Positions 39,970 to 52,647 of a stretch of DNA of 64,000 nt are shown here, piece by piece. Made by a program: the position numbers and the translations under genes. Under the pieces are notes generated by a model. It searched no databases. It was given only the letters and a program-made list of their open reading frames with translations, and was not told where the DNA came from. Numbering within the stretch: position 1 is the first letter of the stretch; the number at the start of each line of letters is the position of its first letter. Source of the DNA: Auanema rhodensis (taxonomy: Eukaryota > Animalia > Nematoda); assembly GCA_964057225.1 (NCBI GenBank), contig OZ059899.1, forward strand, positions 10,292,001-10,356,000, read 5' to 3'.

Positions 39970-41741
39970 TAAATTTTTTTCATTTCACTTGTCATTTACA
40001 AAAATTAAATTTATCTTCTTCAACGATTATTTTTGCAATGTGTCATAAAAATTTCACAGTTGAACAAAAAGTTTTTTGAGAATTTTTTTTGTTGTCAACA
40101 TATATATTTTCCTGGAATTCGAAAGCATTTGGGATGGAAATTAGAAAGAAAAGAACTAGTTTTTCCTATTTTAAAACAAACAAAAAAAAATAAAATGAAA
40201 AAGATTGTTAGATATCCAATTTAAACTTATACATTTACTTCGATAAAAAGCCTATTAGTTTGAAATTTTATGTCTTACAGTTCTCCAACAGAACAGACTG
40301 ATCCTGATTTCTCTATGATTACATAAAACTCTCGTTTGATATACAAAAAGGAGAGGAATAACGTGTCCAGGATATCAATGATATCGAATCTAGTGATATT
40401 GTAGAAAAATGTAATGTCAGCTCCATAGGTTTTCTCTTAATTTCTCTCATCACAATTGTCTTAGTTTTTTTTCTCATAAGAGTTTCTGAAATCTTAGGTG
40501 AACAAGGCCGTATATATTTTTTTCTGGAATTCGAAAGCATTTGGGATGGAAATTAGAAAGAAAAGAACTAGTTTTTCCTACTTTAAAACAAACAATAAGA
40601 AATAAAATAAAAAAGATTGTTAGATATCCAATTTAAACTTATACATTTACTTCGATAAAGAGCCTATTAGTTTGAAATTTTATGTCTTACAGTTCTCCAA
40701 CAGAACAGACTGATCCTGATTTCTCTATGATTATATAAAACTCTCGTTTGATATAAAAAAAGAAGAGGAATAACGTTTCCAGGATGTCAATGATATCGAA
40801 TCTAGTGATATTGTAGAAAAATGTAATGTCAGCTCCATAGGTTTTCTCTTAATTTCTCTCATCACAATTGTCTTAGTTTTTTTTCTCATAAGAGTTTCTG
40901 AAATCTTAGGTGAACAAGGCCGTATATATTTTTTTCTGGAATTCGAAAGCATTTGGGATGGAAATTAGAAAGAAAAGAACTAGTTTTTCCTACTTTAAAA
41001 CAAACAATAAGAAATAAAATAAAAAAGATTGTTAGATATCCAATTTAAACTTATACATTTACTTCGATAAAGAGCCTATTAGTTTGAAATTTTATGTCTT
41101 ACAGTTCTCCAACAGAACAGACTGATCCTGATTTCTCTATGATTACATAAAACTCTCGTTTGATATGAAAAAAGAAGAGGAATAACGTTTCCAGGATGTC
41201 AATGATATCGAATCTAGTGATATTGTAGAAAAATGTAATGTCAGCTCCATAGGTTTTCTCTTAATTTCTCTCATCACAATTGTCTTAGTTTTTTTTCTCA
41301 TAAGAGTTTCTGAAATCTTAGGTGAACAAGGCCGTATATATTTTTTTCTGGAATTCGAAAGCATTTGGGATGGAAATTAGAAAGAAAAGAACTAGTTTTT
41401 CCTACTTTAAAACAAACAATAAGAAATAAAATAAAAAAGATTGTTAGATATCCAATTTAAACTTATACATTTACTTCGATAAAGAGCCTATTAGTTTGAA
41501 ATTTTATGTCTTACAGTTCTCCAACAGAACAGACTGATCCTGATTTCTCTATGATTATATAAAACTCTCGTTTGATATAAAAAAAGAAGAGGAATAACGT
41601 TTCCAGGATGTCAATGATATCGAATCTAGTGATATTGTAGAAAAATGTAATGTCAGCTCCATAGGTTTTCTCTTAATTTCTCTCATCACAATTGTCTTAG
41701 TTTTTTTTCTCATAAGAGTTTCTGAAATCTTAGGTGAACAA

Positions 41742-41814
41742 GGCCGCGTGGCGCAATGGATAACGCGTCTGCCTACGGAGCAGAAGATTGTAGGTTCGAA
41801 TCCTGCCGTGGTCG
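41742..41814 (+). tRNA. tRNA-Arg(ACG), copy 16
   Basis: Identical 73-nt gene plus T7. Confidence 0.97.
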
Positions 41815-42762
41815 TAAATTTTTTTCATTTCACTTGTCATTTACAAAAATTAAATTTATCTTCTTCAACGATTATTTTTGCAATGTGTCATAAAAATTTC
41901 ACAGTTGAACAAAAAGTTTTTTGAGAATTTTTTTTGTTGTCAACATATATATTTTCCTGGAATTCGAAAGCATTTGGGATGGAAATTAGAAAGAAAAGAA
42001 CTAGTTTTTCCTATTTTAAAACAAACAAAAAAAAATAAAATGAAAAAGATTGTTAGATATCCAATTTAAACTTATACATTTACTTCGATAAAGAGCCTAT
42101 TAGTTTGAAATTTTATGTCTTACAGTTCTCCAACAGAACAGACTGATCCTGATTTCTCTATGATTACATGAAACTCTCGTTTGATATACAAAAAGGAGAG
42201 GAATAACGTGTCCAGGATATCAATGATATCGAATCTAGTGATATTGTAGAAAAATGTAATGTCAGCTCCATAGGTTTTCTCTTAATTTCTCTCATCACAA
42301 TTGTCTTAGTTTTTTTTCTCATAAGAGTTTCTGAAATCTTAGGTGAACAAGGCCGTATCTATTTTTTTCTGGAATTCGAAAGCATTTGGGATAAATATTA
42401 GAAGGAAAAGAACTAGTTTTTCCTACTTTAAAACAAACAATAAGAAATAAAATAAAAAAGATTGTTAGATATCCAATTTAAACTTATACATTTACTTCGA
42501 TAAAGAGCCTATTAGTTTGAAATTTTATGTCTTACAGTTCTCCAACAGAACAGACTGATCCTGATTTCTCTATGATTACATAAAACTCTCGTTTGATATA
42601 AAAAAAGAAGAGGAATAACGTTTCCAGGATGTCAATGATATCGAATCTAGTGATATTGTAGAAAAATGTAATGTCAGCTCCATAGGTTTTCTCTTAATTT
42701 CTCTCATCACAATTGTCTTAGTTTTTTTTCTCATAAGAGTTTCTGAAATCTTAGGTGAACAA

Positions 42763-42835
42763 GGCCGCGTGGCGCAATGGATAACGCGTCTGCCTACGGA
42801 GCAGAAGATTGTAGGTTCGAATCCTGCCGTGGTCG
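42763..42835 (+). tRNA. tRNA-Arg(ACG), copy 17
   Basis: Identical 73-nt gene plus T7. Confidence 0.97.
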
Positions 42836-43783
42836 TAAATTTTTTTCATTTCACTTGTCATTTACAAAAATTAAATTTATCTTCTTCAACGATTATTTTT
42901 GCAATGTGTCATAAAAATTTCACAGTTGAACAAAAAGTTTTTTGAGAATTTTTTTTGTTGTCAACATATATATTTTCCTGGAATTCGAAAGCATTTGGGA
43001 TGGAAATTAGAAAGAAAAGAACTAGTTTTTCCTACTTTAAAACAAACAATAAGAAATAAAATAAAAAAGATTGTTAGATATCCAATTTAAACTTATACAT
43101 TTACTTCGATAAAGAGCCTATTAGTTTGAAATTTTATGTCTTACAGTTCTCCAACAGAACAGACTGATCCTGATTTCTCTATGATTATATAAAACTCTCG
43201 TTTGATATAAAAAAAGAAGAGGAATAACGTTTCCAGGATGTCAATGATATCGAATCTAGTGATATTGTAGAAAAATGTAATGTCAGCTCCATAGGTTTTC
43301 TCTTAATTTCTCTCATCACAATTGTCTTAGTTTTTTTTCTCATAAGAGTTTCTGAAATCTTAGGTGAACAAGGCCGTATATATTTTTTTCTGGAATTCGA
43401 AAGCATTTGGGATGGAAATTAGAAAGAAAAGAACTAGTTTTTCCTACTTTAAAACAAACAATAAGAAATAAAATAAAAAAGATTGTTAGATATCCAATTT
43501 AAACTTATACATTTACTTCGATAAAGAGCCTATTAGTTTGAAATTTTATGTCTTACAGTTCTCCAACAGAACAGACTGATCCTGATTTCTCTATGATTAC
43601 ATAAAACTCTCGTTTGATATAAAAAAAGAAGAGGAATAACGTTTCCAGGATGTCAATGATATCGAATCTAGTGATATTGTAGAAAAATGTAATGTCAGCT
43701 CCATAGGTTTTCTCTTAATTTCTCTCATCACAATTGTCTTAGTTTTTTTTCTCATAAGAGTTTCTGAAATCTTAGGTGAACAA

Positions 43784-43856
43784 GGCCGCGTGGCGCAATG
43801 GATAACGCGTCTGCCTACGGAGCAGAAGATTGTAGGTTCGAATCCTGCCGTGGTCG
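43784..43856 (+). tRNA. tRNA-Arg(ACG), copy 18
   Basis: Identical 73-nt gene plus T7. Confidence 0.97.
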
Positions 43857-45216
43857 TAAATTTTTTTCATTTCACTTGTCATTTACAAAAATTAAATTTA
43901 TCTTCTTCAACGATTATTTTTGCAATGTGTCATAAAAATTTCACAGTTGAACAAAAAGTTTTTTGAGAATTTTTTTTGTTGTCAACATATATATTTTCCT
44001 GGAATTCGAAAGCATTTGGGATGGAAATTAGAAAGAAAAGAACTAGTTTTTCCTATTTTAAAACAAACAAAAAAAAATAAAATGAAAAAGATTGTTAGAT
44101 ATCCAATTTAAACTTATACATTTACTTCGATAAAAAGCCTATTAGTTTGAAATTTTATGTCTTACAGTTCTCCAACAGAACAGACTGATCCTGATTTCTC
44201 TATGATTACATAAAACTCTCGTTTGATATACAAAAAGGAGAGGAATAACGTGTCCAGGATATCAATGATATCGAATCTAGTGATATTGTAGAAAAATGTA
44301 ATGTCAGCTCCATAGGTTTTCTCTTAATTTCTCTCATCACAATTGTCTTAGTTTTTTTTCTCATAAGAGTTTCTGAAATCTTAGGTGAACAAGGCCGTAT
44401 ATATTTTTTTCTGGAATTCGAAAGCATTTGGGATGGAAATTAGAAAGAAAAGAACTAGTTTTTCCTACTTTAAAACAAACAATAAGAAATAAAATAAAAA
44501 AGATTGTTAGATATCCAATTTAAACTTATACATTTACTTCGATAAAGAGCCTATTAGTTTGAAATTTTATGTCTTACAGTTCTCCAACAGAACAGACTGA
44601 TCCTGATTTCTCTATGATTATATAAAACTCTCGTTTGATATAAAAAAAGAAGAGGAATAACGTTTCCAGGATGTCAATGATATCGAATCTAGTGATATTG
44701 TAGAAAAATGTAATGTCAGCTCCATAGGTTTTCTCTTAATTTCTCTCATCACAATTGTCTTAGTTTTTTTTCTCATAAGAGTTTCTGAAATCTTAGGTGA
44801 ACAAGGCCGTATATATTTTTTTCTGGAATTCGAAAGCATTTGGGATGGAAATTAGAAAGAAAAGAACTAGTTTTTCCTACTTTAAAACAAACAATAAGAA
44901 ATAAAATAAAAAAGATTGTTAGATATCCAATTTAAACTTATACATTTACTTCGATAAAGAGCCTATTAGTTTGAAATTTTATGTCTTACAGTTCTCCAAC
45001 AGAACAGACTGATCCTGATTTCTCTATGATTACATAAAACTCTCGTTTGATATAAAAAAAGAAGAGGAATAACGTTTCCAGGATGTCAATGATATCGAAT
45101 CTAGTGATATTGTAGAAAAATGTAATGTCAGCTCCATAGGTTTTCTCTTAATTTCTCTCATCACAATTGTCTTAGTTTTTTTTCTCATAAGAGTTTCTGA
45201 AATCTTAGGTGAACAA

Positions 45217-45289
45217 GGCCGCGTGGCGCAATGGATAACGCGTCTGCCTACGGAGCAGAAGATTGTAGGTTCGAATCCTGCCGTGGTCG
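45217..45289 (+). tRNA. tRNA-Arg(ACG), copy 19
   Basis: Identical 73-nt gene plus T7. Confidence 0.97.
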
Positions 45290-46649
45290 TAAATTTTTTT
45301 CATTTCACTTGTCATTTACAAAAATTAAATTTATCTTCTTCAACGATTATTTTTGCAATGTGTCATAAAAATTTCACAGTTGAACAAAAAGTTTTTTGAG
45401 AATTTTTTTTGTTGTCAACATATATATTTTCCTGGAATTCGAAAGCATTTGGGATGGAAATTAGAAAGAAAAGAACTAGTTTTTCCTATTTTAAAACAAA
45501 CAAAAAAAAATAAAATGAAAAAGATTGTTAGATATCCAATTTAAACTTATACATTTACTTCGATAAAGAGCCTATTAGTTTGAAATTTTATGTCTTACAG
45601 TTCTCCAACAGAACAGACTGATCCTGATTTCTCTATGATTACATAAAATTCTCGTTTGATATAAAAAAAGAAGAGGAATAACGTTTCCAGGATGTCAATG
45701 ATATCGAATCTAGTGATATTGTAAAAAAATGTAATGTCAGCTCCATAGGTTTTCTCTTAATTTCTCTCATCACAATTGTCTTAGTTTTTTTTCTCATAAG
45801 AGTTTCTGAAATCTTAGGTGAACAAGGCCGTATCTATTTTTTTCTGGAATTCGAAAGCATTTGGAATGGATATTAGAAGGAAAAGAACTAGTTTTTCCTA
45901 CTTTAAAACAAACAATAAGAAATAAAATAAAAAAGATTGTTAGATATCCAATTTAAACTTATACATTTACTTTGATAAAGAGCCTATTAGTTTGAAATTT
46001 TATGTCTTACAGTTCTCCAACAGAACAGACTGATCCTGATTTCTCTATGATTACATAAAACTCTCGTTTGATATGAAAAAAGAAGAGGAATAACGTTTCC
46101 AGGATGTCAATGATATCGAATCTAGTGATATTGTAGAAAAATGTAATGTCAGCTCCATAGGTTTTCTTTTAATTTCTCTCATCACAATTGTCTTAGTTTT
46201 TTTTCTCATAAGAGTTTCTGAAATCTTAGGTGAACAAGGCCGTATATATTTTTTTCTGGAATTCGAAAGCATTTGGGATGGAAATTAGAAAGAAAAGAAC
46301 TAGTTTTTCCTACTTTAAAACAAACAATAAGAAATAAAATAAAAAAGATTGTTAGATATCCAATTTAAACTTATACATTTACTTCGATAAAGAGCCTATT
46401 AGTTTGAAATTTTATGTCTTACAGTTCTCCAACAGAACAGACTGATCCTGATTTCTCTATGATTATATAAAACTCTCGTTTGATATAAAAAAAGAAGAGG
46501 AATAACGTTTCCAGGATGTCAATGATATCGAATCTAGTGATATTGTAGAAAAATGTAATGTCAGCTCCATAGGTTTTCTCTTAATTTCTCTCATCACAAT
46601 TGTCTTAGTTTTTTTTCTCATAAGAGTTTCTGAAATCTTAGGTGAACAA

Positions 46650-46722
46650 GGCCGCGTGGCGCAATGGATAACGCGTCTGCCTACGGAGCAGAAGATTGTA
46701 GGTTCGAATACTGCCGTGGTCG
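46650..46722 (+). tRNA. tRNA-Arg(ACG), copy 20, C61A variant (probable pseudogene)
   Basis: GGTTCGAATAC instead of GGTTCGAATCC (A at 46710). This breaks the invariant G53-C61 pair and the B box. Confidence 0.88.
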
Positions 46723-47670
46723 TAAATTTTTTTCATTTCACTTGTCATTTACAAAAATTAAATTTATCTTCTTCAACGATTATTTTTGCAATGTGTCATA
46801 AAAATTTCACAGTTGAACAAAAAGTTTTTTGAGAATTTTTTTTGTTGTCAACATATATATTTTCCTGGAATTCGAAAGCATTTGGGATGGAAATTAGAAA
46901 GAAAAGAACTAGTTTTTCCTATTTTAAAACAAACAAAAAAAAATAAAATGAAAAAGATTGTTAGATATCCAATTTAAACTTATACATTTACTTCGATAAA
47001 GAGCCTATTAGTTTGAAATTTTATGTCTTACAGTTCTCCAACAGAACAGACTGATCCTGATTTCTCTATGATTACATGAAACTCTCGTTTGATATACAAA
47101 AAGGAGAGGAATAACGTGTCCAGGATATCAATGATATCGAATCTAGTGATATTGTAGAAAAATGTAATGTCAGCTCCATAGGTTTTCTCTTAATTTCTCT
47201 CATCACAATTGTCTTAGTTTTTTTTCTCATAAGAGTTTCTGAAATCTTAGGTGAACAAGGCCGTATCTATTTTTTTCTGGAATTCGAAAGCATTTGGGAT
47301 GGATATTAGAAGGAAAAGAACTAGTTTTTCCTACTTTAAAACAAACAATAAGAAATAAAATAAAAAAGATTGTTAGATATCCAATTTAAACTTATACATT
47401 TACTTCGATAAAGAGCCTATTAGTTTGAAATTTTATGTCTTACAGTTCTCCAACAGAACAGACTGATCCTGATTTCTCTATGATTACATAAAACTCTCGT
47501 TTGATATAAAAAAAGAAGAGGAATAACGTTTCCAGGATGTCAATGATATCGAATCTAGTGATATTGTAGAAAAATGTAATGTCAGCTCCATAGGTTTTCT
47601 CTTAATTTCTCTCATCACAATTGTCTTAGTTTTTTTTCTCATAAGAGTTTCTGAAATCTTAGGTGAACAA

Positions 47671-47743
47671 GGCCGCGTGGCGCAATGGATAACGCGTCTG
47701 CCTACGGAGCAGAAGATTGTAGGTTCGAATCCTGCCGTGGTCG
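47671..47743 (+). tRNA. tRNA-Arg(ACG), copy 21
   Basis: Identical 73-nt gene plus T7. Confidence 0.97.
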
Positions 47744-48691
47744 TAAATTTTTTTCATTTCACTTGTCATTTACAAAAATTAAATTTATCTTCTTCAACGA
47801 TTATTTTTGCAATGTGTCATAAAAATTTCACAGTTGAACAAAAAGTTTTTTGAGAATTTTTTTTGTTGTCAACATATATATTTTCCTGGAATTCGAAAGC
47901 ATTTGGGATGGAAATTAGAAAGAAAAGAACTAGTTTTTCCTACTTTAAAACAAACAATAAGAAATAAAATAAAAAAGATTGTTAGATATCCAATTTAAAC
48001 TTATACATTTACTTCGATAAAGAGCCTATTAGTTTGAAATTTTATGTCTTACAGTTCTCCAACAGAACAGACTGATCCTGATTTCTCTATGATTATATAA
48101 AACTCTCGTTTGATATAAAAAAAGAAGAGGAATAACGTTTCCAGGATGTCAATGATATCGAATCTAGTGATATTGTAGAAAAATGTAATGTCAGCTCCAT
48201 AGGTTTTCTCTTAATTTCTCTCATCACAATTGTCTTAGTTTTTTTTCTCATAAGAGTTTCTGAAATCTTAGGTGAACAAGGCCGTATATATTTTTTTCTG
48301 GAATTCGAAAGCATTTGGGATGGAAATTAGAAAGAAAAGAACTAGTTTTTCCTACTTTAAAACAAACAATAAGAAATAAAATAAAAAAGATTGTTAGATA
48401 TCCAATTTAAACTTATACATTTACTTCGATAAAGAGCCTATTAGTTTGAAATTTTATGTCTTACAGTTCTCCAACAGAACAGACTGATCCTGATTTCTCT
48501 ATGATTACATAAAACTCTCGTTTGATATAAAAAAAGAAGAGGAATAACGTTTCCAGGATGTCAATGATATCGAATCTAGTGATATTGTAGAAAAATGTAA
48601 TGTCAGCTCCATAGGTTTTCTCTTAATTTCTCTCATCACAATTGTCTTAGTTTTTTTTCTCATAAGAGTTTCTGAAATCTTAGGTGAACAA

Positions 48692-48764
48692 GGCCGCGTG
48701 GCGCAATGGATAACGCGTCTGCCTACGGAGCAGAAGATTGTAGGTTCGAATCCTGCCGTGGTCG
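48692..48764 (+). tRNA. tRNA-Arg(ACG), copy 22
   Basis: Identical 73-nt gene plus T7. Confidence 0.97.
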
Positions 48765-49712
48765 TAAATTTTTTTCATTTCACTTGTCATTTACAAAAAT
48801 TAAATTTATCTTCTTCAACGATTATTTTTGCAATGTGTCATAAAAATTTCACAGTTGAACAAAAAGTTTTTTGAGAATTTTTTTTGTTGTCAACATATAT
48901 ATTTTCCTGGAATTCGAAAGCATTTGGGATGGAAATTAGAAAGAAAAGAACTAGTTTTTCCTATTTTAAAACAAACAAAAAAAAATAAAATGAAAAAGAT
49001 TGTTAGATATCCAATTTAAACTTATACATTTACTTCGATAAAAAGCCTATTAGTTTGAAATTTTATGTCTTACAGTTCTCCAACAGAACAGACTGATCCT
49101 GATTTCTCTATGATTACATAAAACTCTCGTTTGATATACAAAAAGGAGAGGAATAACGTGTCCAGGATATCAATGATATCGAATCTAGTGATATTGTAGA
49201 AAAATGTAATGTCAGCTCCATAGGTTTTCTCTTAATTTCTCTCATCACAATTGTCTTAGTTTTTTTTCTCATAAGAGTTTCTGAAATCTTAGGTGAACAA
49301 GGCCGTATATATTTTTTTCTGGAATTCGAAAGCATTTGGGATGGAAATTAGAAAGAAAAGAACTAGTTTTTCCTACTTTAAAACAAACAATAAGAAATAA
49401 AATAAAAAAGATTGTTAGATATCCAATTTAAACTTATACATTTACTTCGATAAAGAGCCTATTAGTTTGAAATTTTATGTCTTACAGTTCTCCAACAGAA
49501 CAGACTGATCCTGATTTCTCTATGATTATATAAAACTCTCGTTTGATATAAAAAAAGAAGAGGAATAACGTTTCCAGGATGTCAATGATATCGAATCTAG
49601 TGATATTGTAGAAAAATGTAATGTCAGCTCCATAGGTTTTCTCTTAATTTCTCTCATCACAATTGTCTTAGTTTTTTTTCTCATAAGAGTTTCTGAAATC
49701 TTAGGTGAACAA

Positions 49713-49785
49713 GGCCGCGTGGCGCAATGGATAACGCGTCTGCCTACGGAGCAGAAGATTGTAGGTTCGAATCCTGCCGTGGTCG
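49713..49785 (+). tRNA. tRNA-Arg(ACG), copy 23
   Basis: Identical 73-nt gene plus T7. Confidence 0.97.
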
Positions 49786-51143
49786 TAAATTTTTTTCATT
49801 TCACTTGTCATTTACAAAAATTAAATTTATCTTCTTCAACGATTATTTTTGCAATGTGTCATAAAAATTTCACAGTTGAACAAAAAGTTTTTTGAGAATT
49901 TTTTTTGTTGTCAACATATATATTTTCCTGGAATTCGAAAGCATTTGGGATGGAAATTAGAAAGAAAAGAACTAGTTTTTCCTATTTTAAAACAAACAAA
50001 AAAAAATAAAATGAAAAAGATTGTTAGATATCCAATTTAAACTTATACATTTACTTCGATAAAGAGCCTATTAGTTTGAAATTTTATGTCTTACAGTTCT
50101 CCAACAGAACAGACTGATCCTGATTTCTCTATGATTACATAAAACTCTCGTTTGATATACAAAAAGGAGAGGAATAACGTGTCCAGGATATCAATGATAT
50201 CGAATCTAGTGATATTGTAGAAAAATGTAATGTCAGCTCCATAGGTTTTCTCTTAATTTCTCTCATCATAATTGTCTTAGTTTTTTTTCTCATAAGAGTT
50301 TCTGAAATCTTAGGTGAACAAGGCCGTATCTATTTTTTTCTGGAATTCGAAAGCATTTGGGATGGATATTAGAAGGAAAAGAACTAGTTTTTCCTACTTT
50401 AAAACAAACAATAAGAAATAAAATAAAAAAGATTGTTAGATATCCAATTTAAACTTATACATTTACTTTGATAAAGAGCCTATTAGTTTGAAATTTTATG
50501 TCTTACAGTTCTCCAACAGAACAGACTGATCCTGATTTCTCTATGATTACATAAAACTCTCGTTTGATATGAAAAAAGAAGAGGAATAACGTTTCCAGGA
50601 TGTCAATGATATCGAATCTAGTGATATTGTAGAAAAATGTAATGTCAGCTCCATAGGTTTTCTCTTAATTTCTCTCATCACAATTGTCTTAGTTTTTTTT
50701 CTCATAAGAGTTTCTGAAATCTTAGGTGAACAAGGCCGTATCTATTTTTTTCTGGAATTCGAAAGCATTTGGGATGGATATTAGAAGGAAAAGAACTAGT
50801 TTTTCCTACTTTAAAACATACAATAAGAAATAAAATAAAAAAGATTGTTAGATATCCAATTTAAACTTATACATTTACTTCGATAAAGAGCCTATTAGTT
50901 TGAAATTTTATGTCTTACAGTTCTCCAACAGAACAGACTGATCCTGATTTCTCTATGATTACATAAAACTCTCGTTTGATATACAAAAAGGAGAGGAATA
51001 ACGTTTCCAGGATATCAATGATATCGAATCTAGTGATATTGTAGAAAAATGTAATGTCAGCTCCATAGTTTTTCTCTAAATTTCTCTCATCACAATAGTC
51101 TTATTTTTTTTTCATAAGAGTTTCTGAAATCTTAGTTGAACAA

Positions 51144-51216
51144 GGCCGCGTGGCGCGATGGATAACGCGTCTGCCTACGAAGCAGAAGATTGTAGGTTCG
51201 AATCCTGCCGTGGTCG
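51144..51216 (+). tRNA. tRNA-Arg(ACG), copy 24, A14G + G37A variant (probable pseudogene)
   Basis: TGGCGCGATGG (G at 51157, loss of invariant A14 in the A box) and anticodon loop CTACGAA (A at 51180). Confidence 0.88.
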
Positions 51217-52574
51217 TAAATTTTTTTCATTTGACTTGTCATTTACAAAAATCAAATTTATCTTCTTCAACGATTATTTTTGCAATGTGTCATAAAAATT
51301 TCACAGTTGAACAAAACGTTTTTTAAGAATTTTTTTTGTTGTCAACATATATATTTTCCTGGAATTCGAAAGCATTTGGGATGGAAATTAGAAAGAAAAG
51401 AACTAGTTTTTCCTATTTTAAAACAAACAAAAAAAAATAAAATGAAAAAGATTGTTAGATATCCAATTTAAACTTATACATTTACTTCGATAAAGAGCCT
51501 ATTAGTTTGAAATTTTATGTCTTACAGTTCTCCAACAGAACAGACTGATCCTGATTTCTCTATGATTACATAAAATTCTCGTTTGATATAAAAAAAGAAG
51601 AGGAATAACGTTTCCAGGATGTCAATGATATCGAATCTAGTGATATTGTAAAAAAATGCAATGTCAGCTCCATAGGTTTTCTCTTAATTTCTCTTATCAC
51701 AATTGTCTTAGTTTTTTTTCTCATAAGAGTTTCTGAAATCTTAGGTGAACAAGGCCGTATATATTTTTTTCTGGAATTCGAAAGCATTTGGGATGGAAAT
51801 TAGAAAGAAAAGAACTAGTTTTTCCTACTTTAAAACGAACAATAAGAAATAAAATAAAAAAGATTGTTAGATATCCAATTTAAACTTATACATTTACTTC
51901 GATAAAGAGCCTATTAGTTTGAAATTTTATGTCTTACAGTTCTCCAACAGAACAGACTGATCCTGATTTCTCTATGATTACATAAAACTCTCGTTTGATA
52001 TACAAAAAGGAGAGGAATAACGTTTCCAGGATGTCAATGATATCGAATCTAGTGATATTGTAGAAAAATGTAATGTCAGCTCCATAGGTTTTCTCTTAAT
52101 TTCTCTCATCACAATTGTCTTAGTTTTTTTTCTCATAAGAGTTTCTGAAATCTTAGGTGAACAAGGCCGTATATATTTTTTTCTGGAATTCGAAAACATT
52201 TGGGATGGAAATTAGAAGGAAAAGAACTAGTTTTTCCTACTTTAAAACAAACAATAAGAAATAAAATAAAAAAGATTGTTAGATATCCAATTTAAACTTA
52301 TACATTTACTTTGATAAAGAGCCTATTAGTTTGAAATTTTATGTCTTACAGTTCTCCAACAGAACAGACTGATCCTGATTTCTCTATGATTACATAAAAC
52401 TCTCGTTTGATATACAAAAAGGAGAGGAATAACGTTTCCAGGATATCAATGATATCGAATCTAGTGATATTGTAGAAAAATGTAATGTCAGCTCCATAGT
52501 TTTTCTCTAAATTTCTCTCATCACAATAGTCTTATTTTTTTTTCATAAGAGTTTCTGAAATCTTAGTTGAACAA

Positions 52575-52647
52575 GGCCGCGTGGCGCAATGGATAACGCG
52601 TCTGCCTACGGAGCAGAAGATTGTACGTTCGAATCCTGCCGTGGTCG
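52575..52647 (+). tRNA. tRNA-Arg(ACG), copy 25, G52C variant (possibly defective)
   Basis: GTACGTTCGAATCC (C at 52626) gives a C52-C62 mismatch in the T stem. Confidence 0.9.

Larger units (their letters stand above)
37250..49540. repeat. Three copies of a higher-order block containing L-S-L-S-L-S (offsets 3887 and 4908 bp)
   Basis: tRNA triplets at 37855/38876/39897, 41742/42763/43784 and 46650/47671/48692. Shared markers GATATGAAAA, TTACATGAAA and GATAAAAAGCC occur at the same relative positions. Confidence 0.87.
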
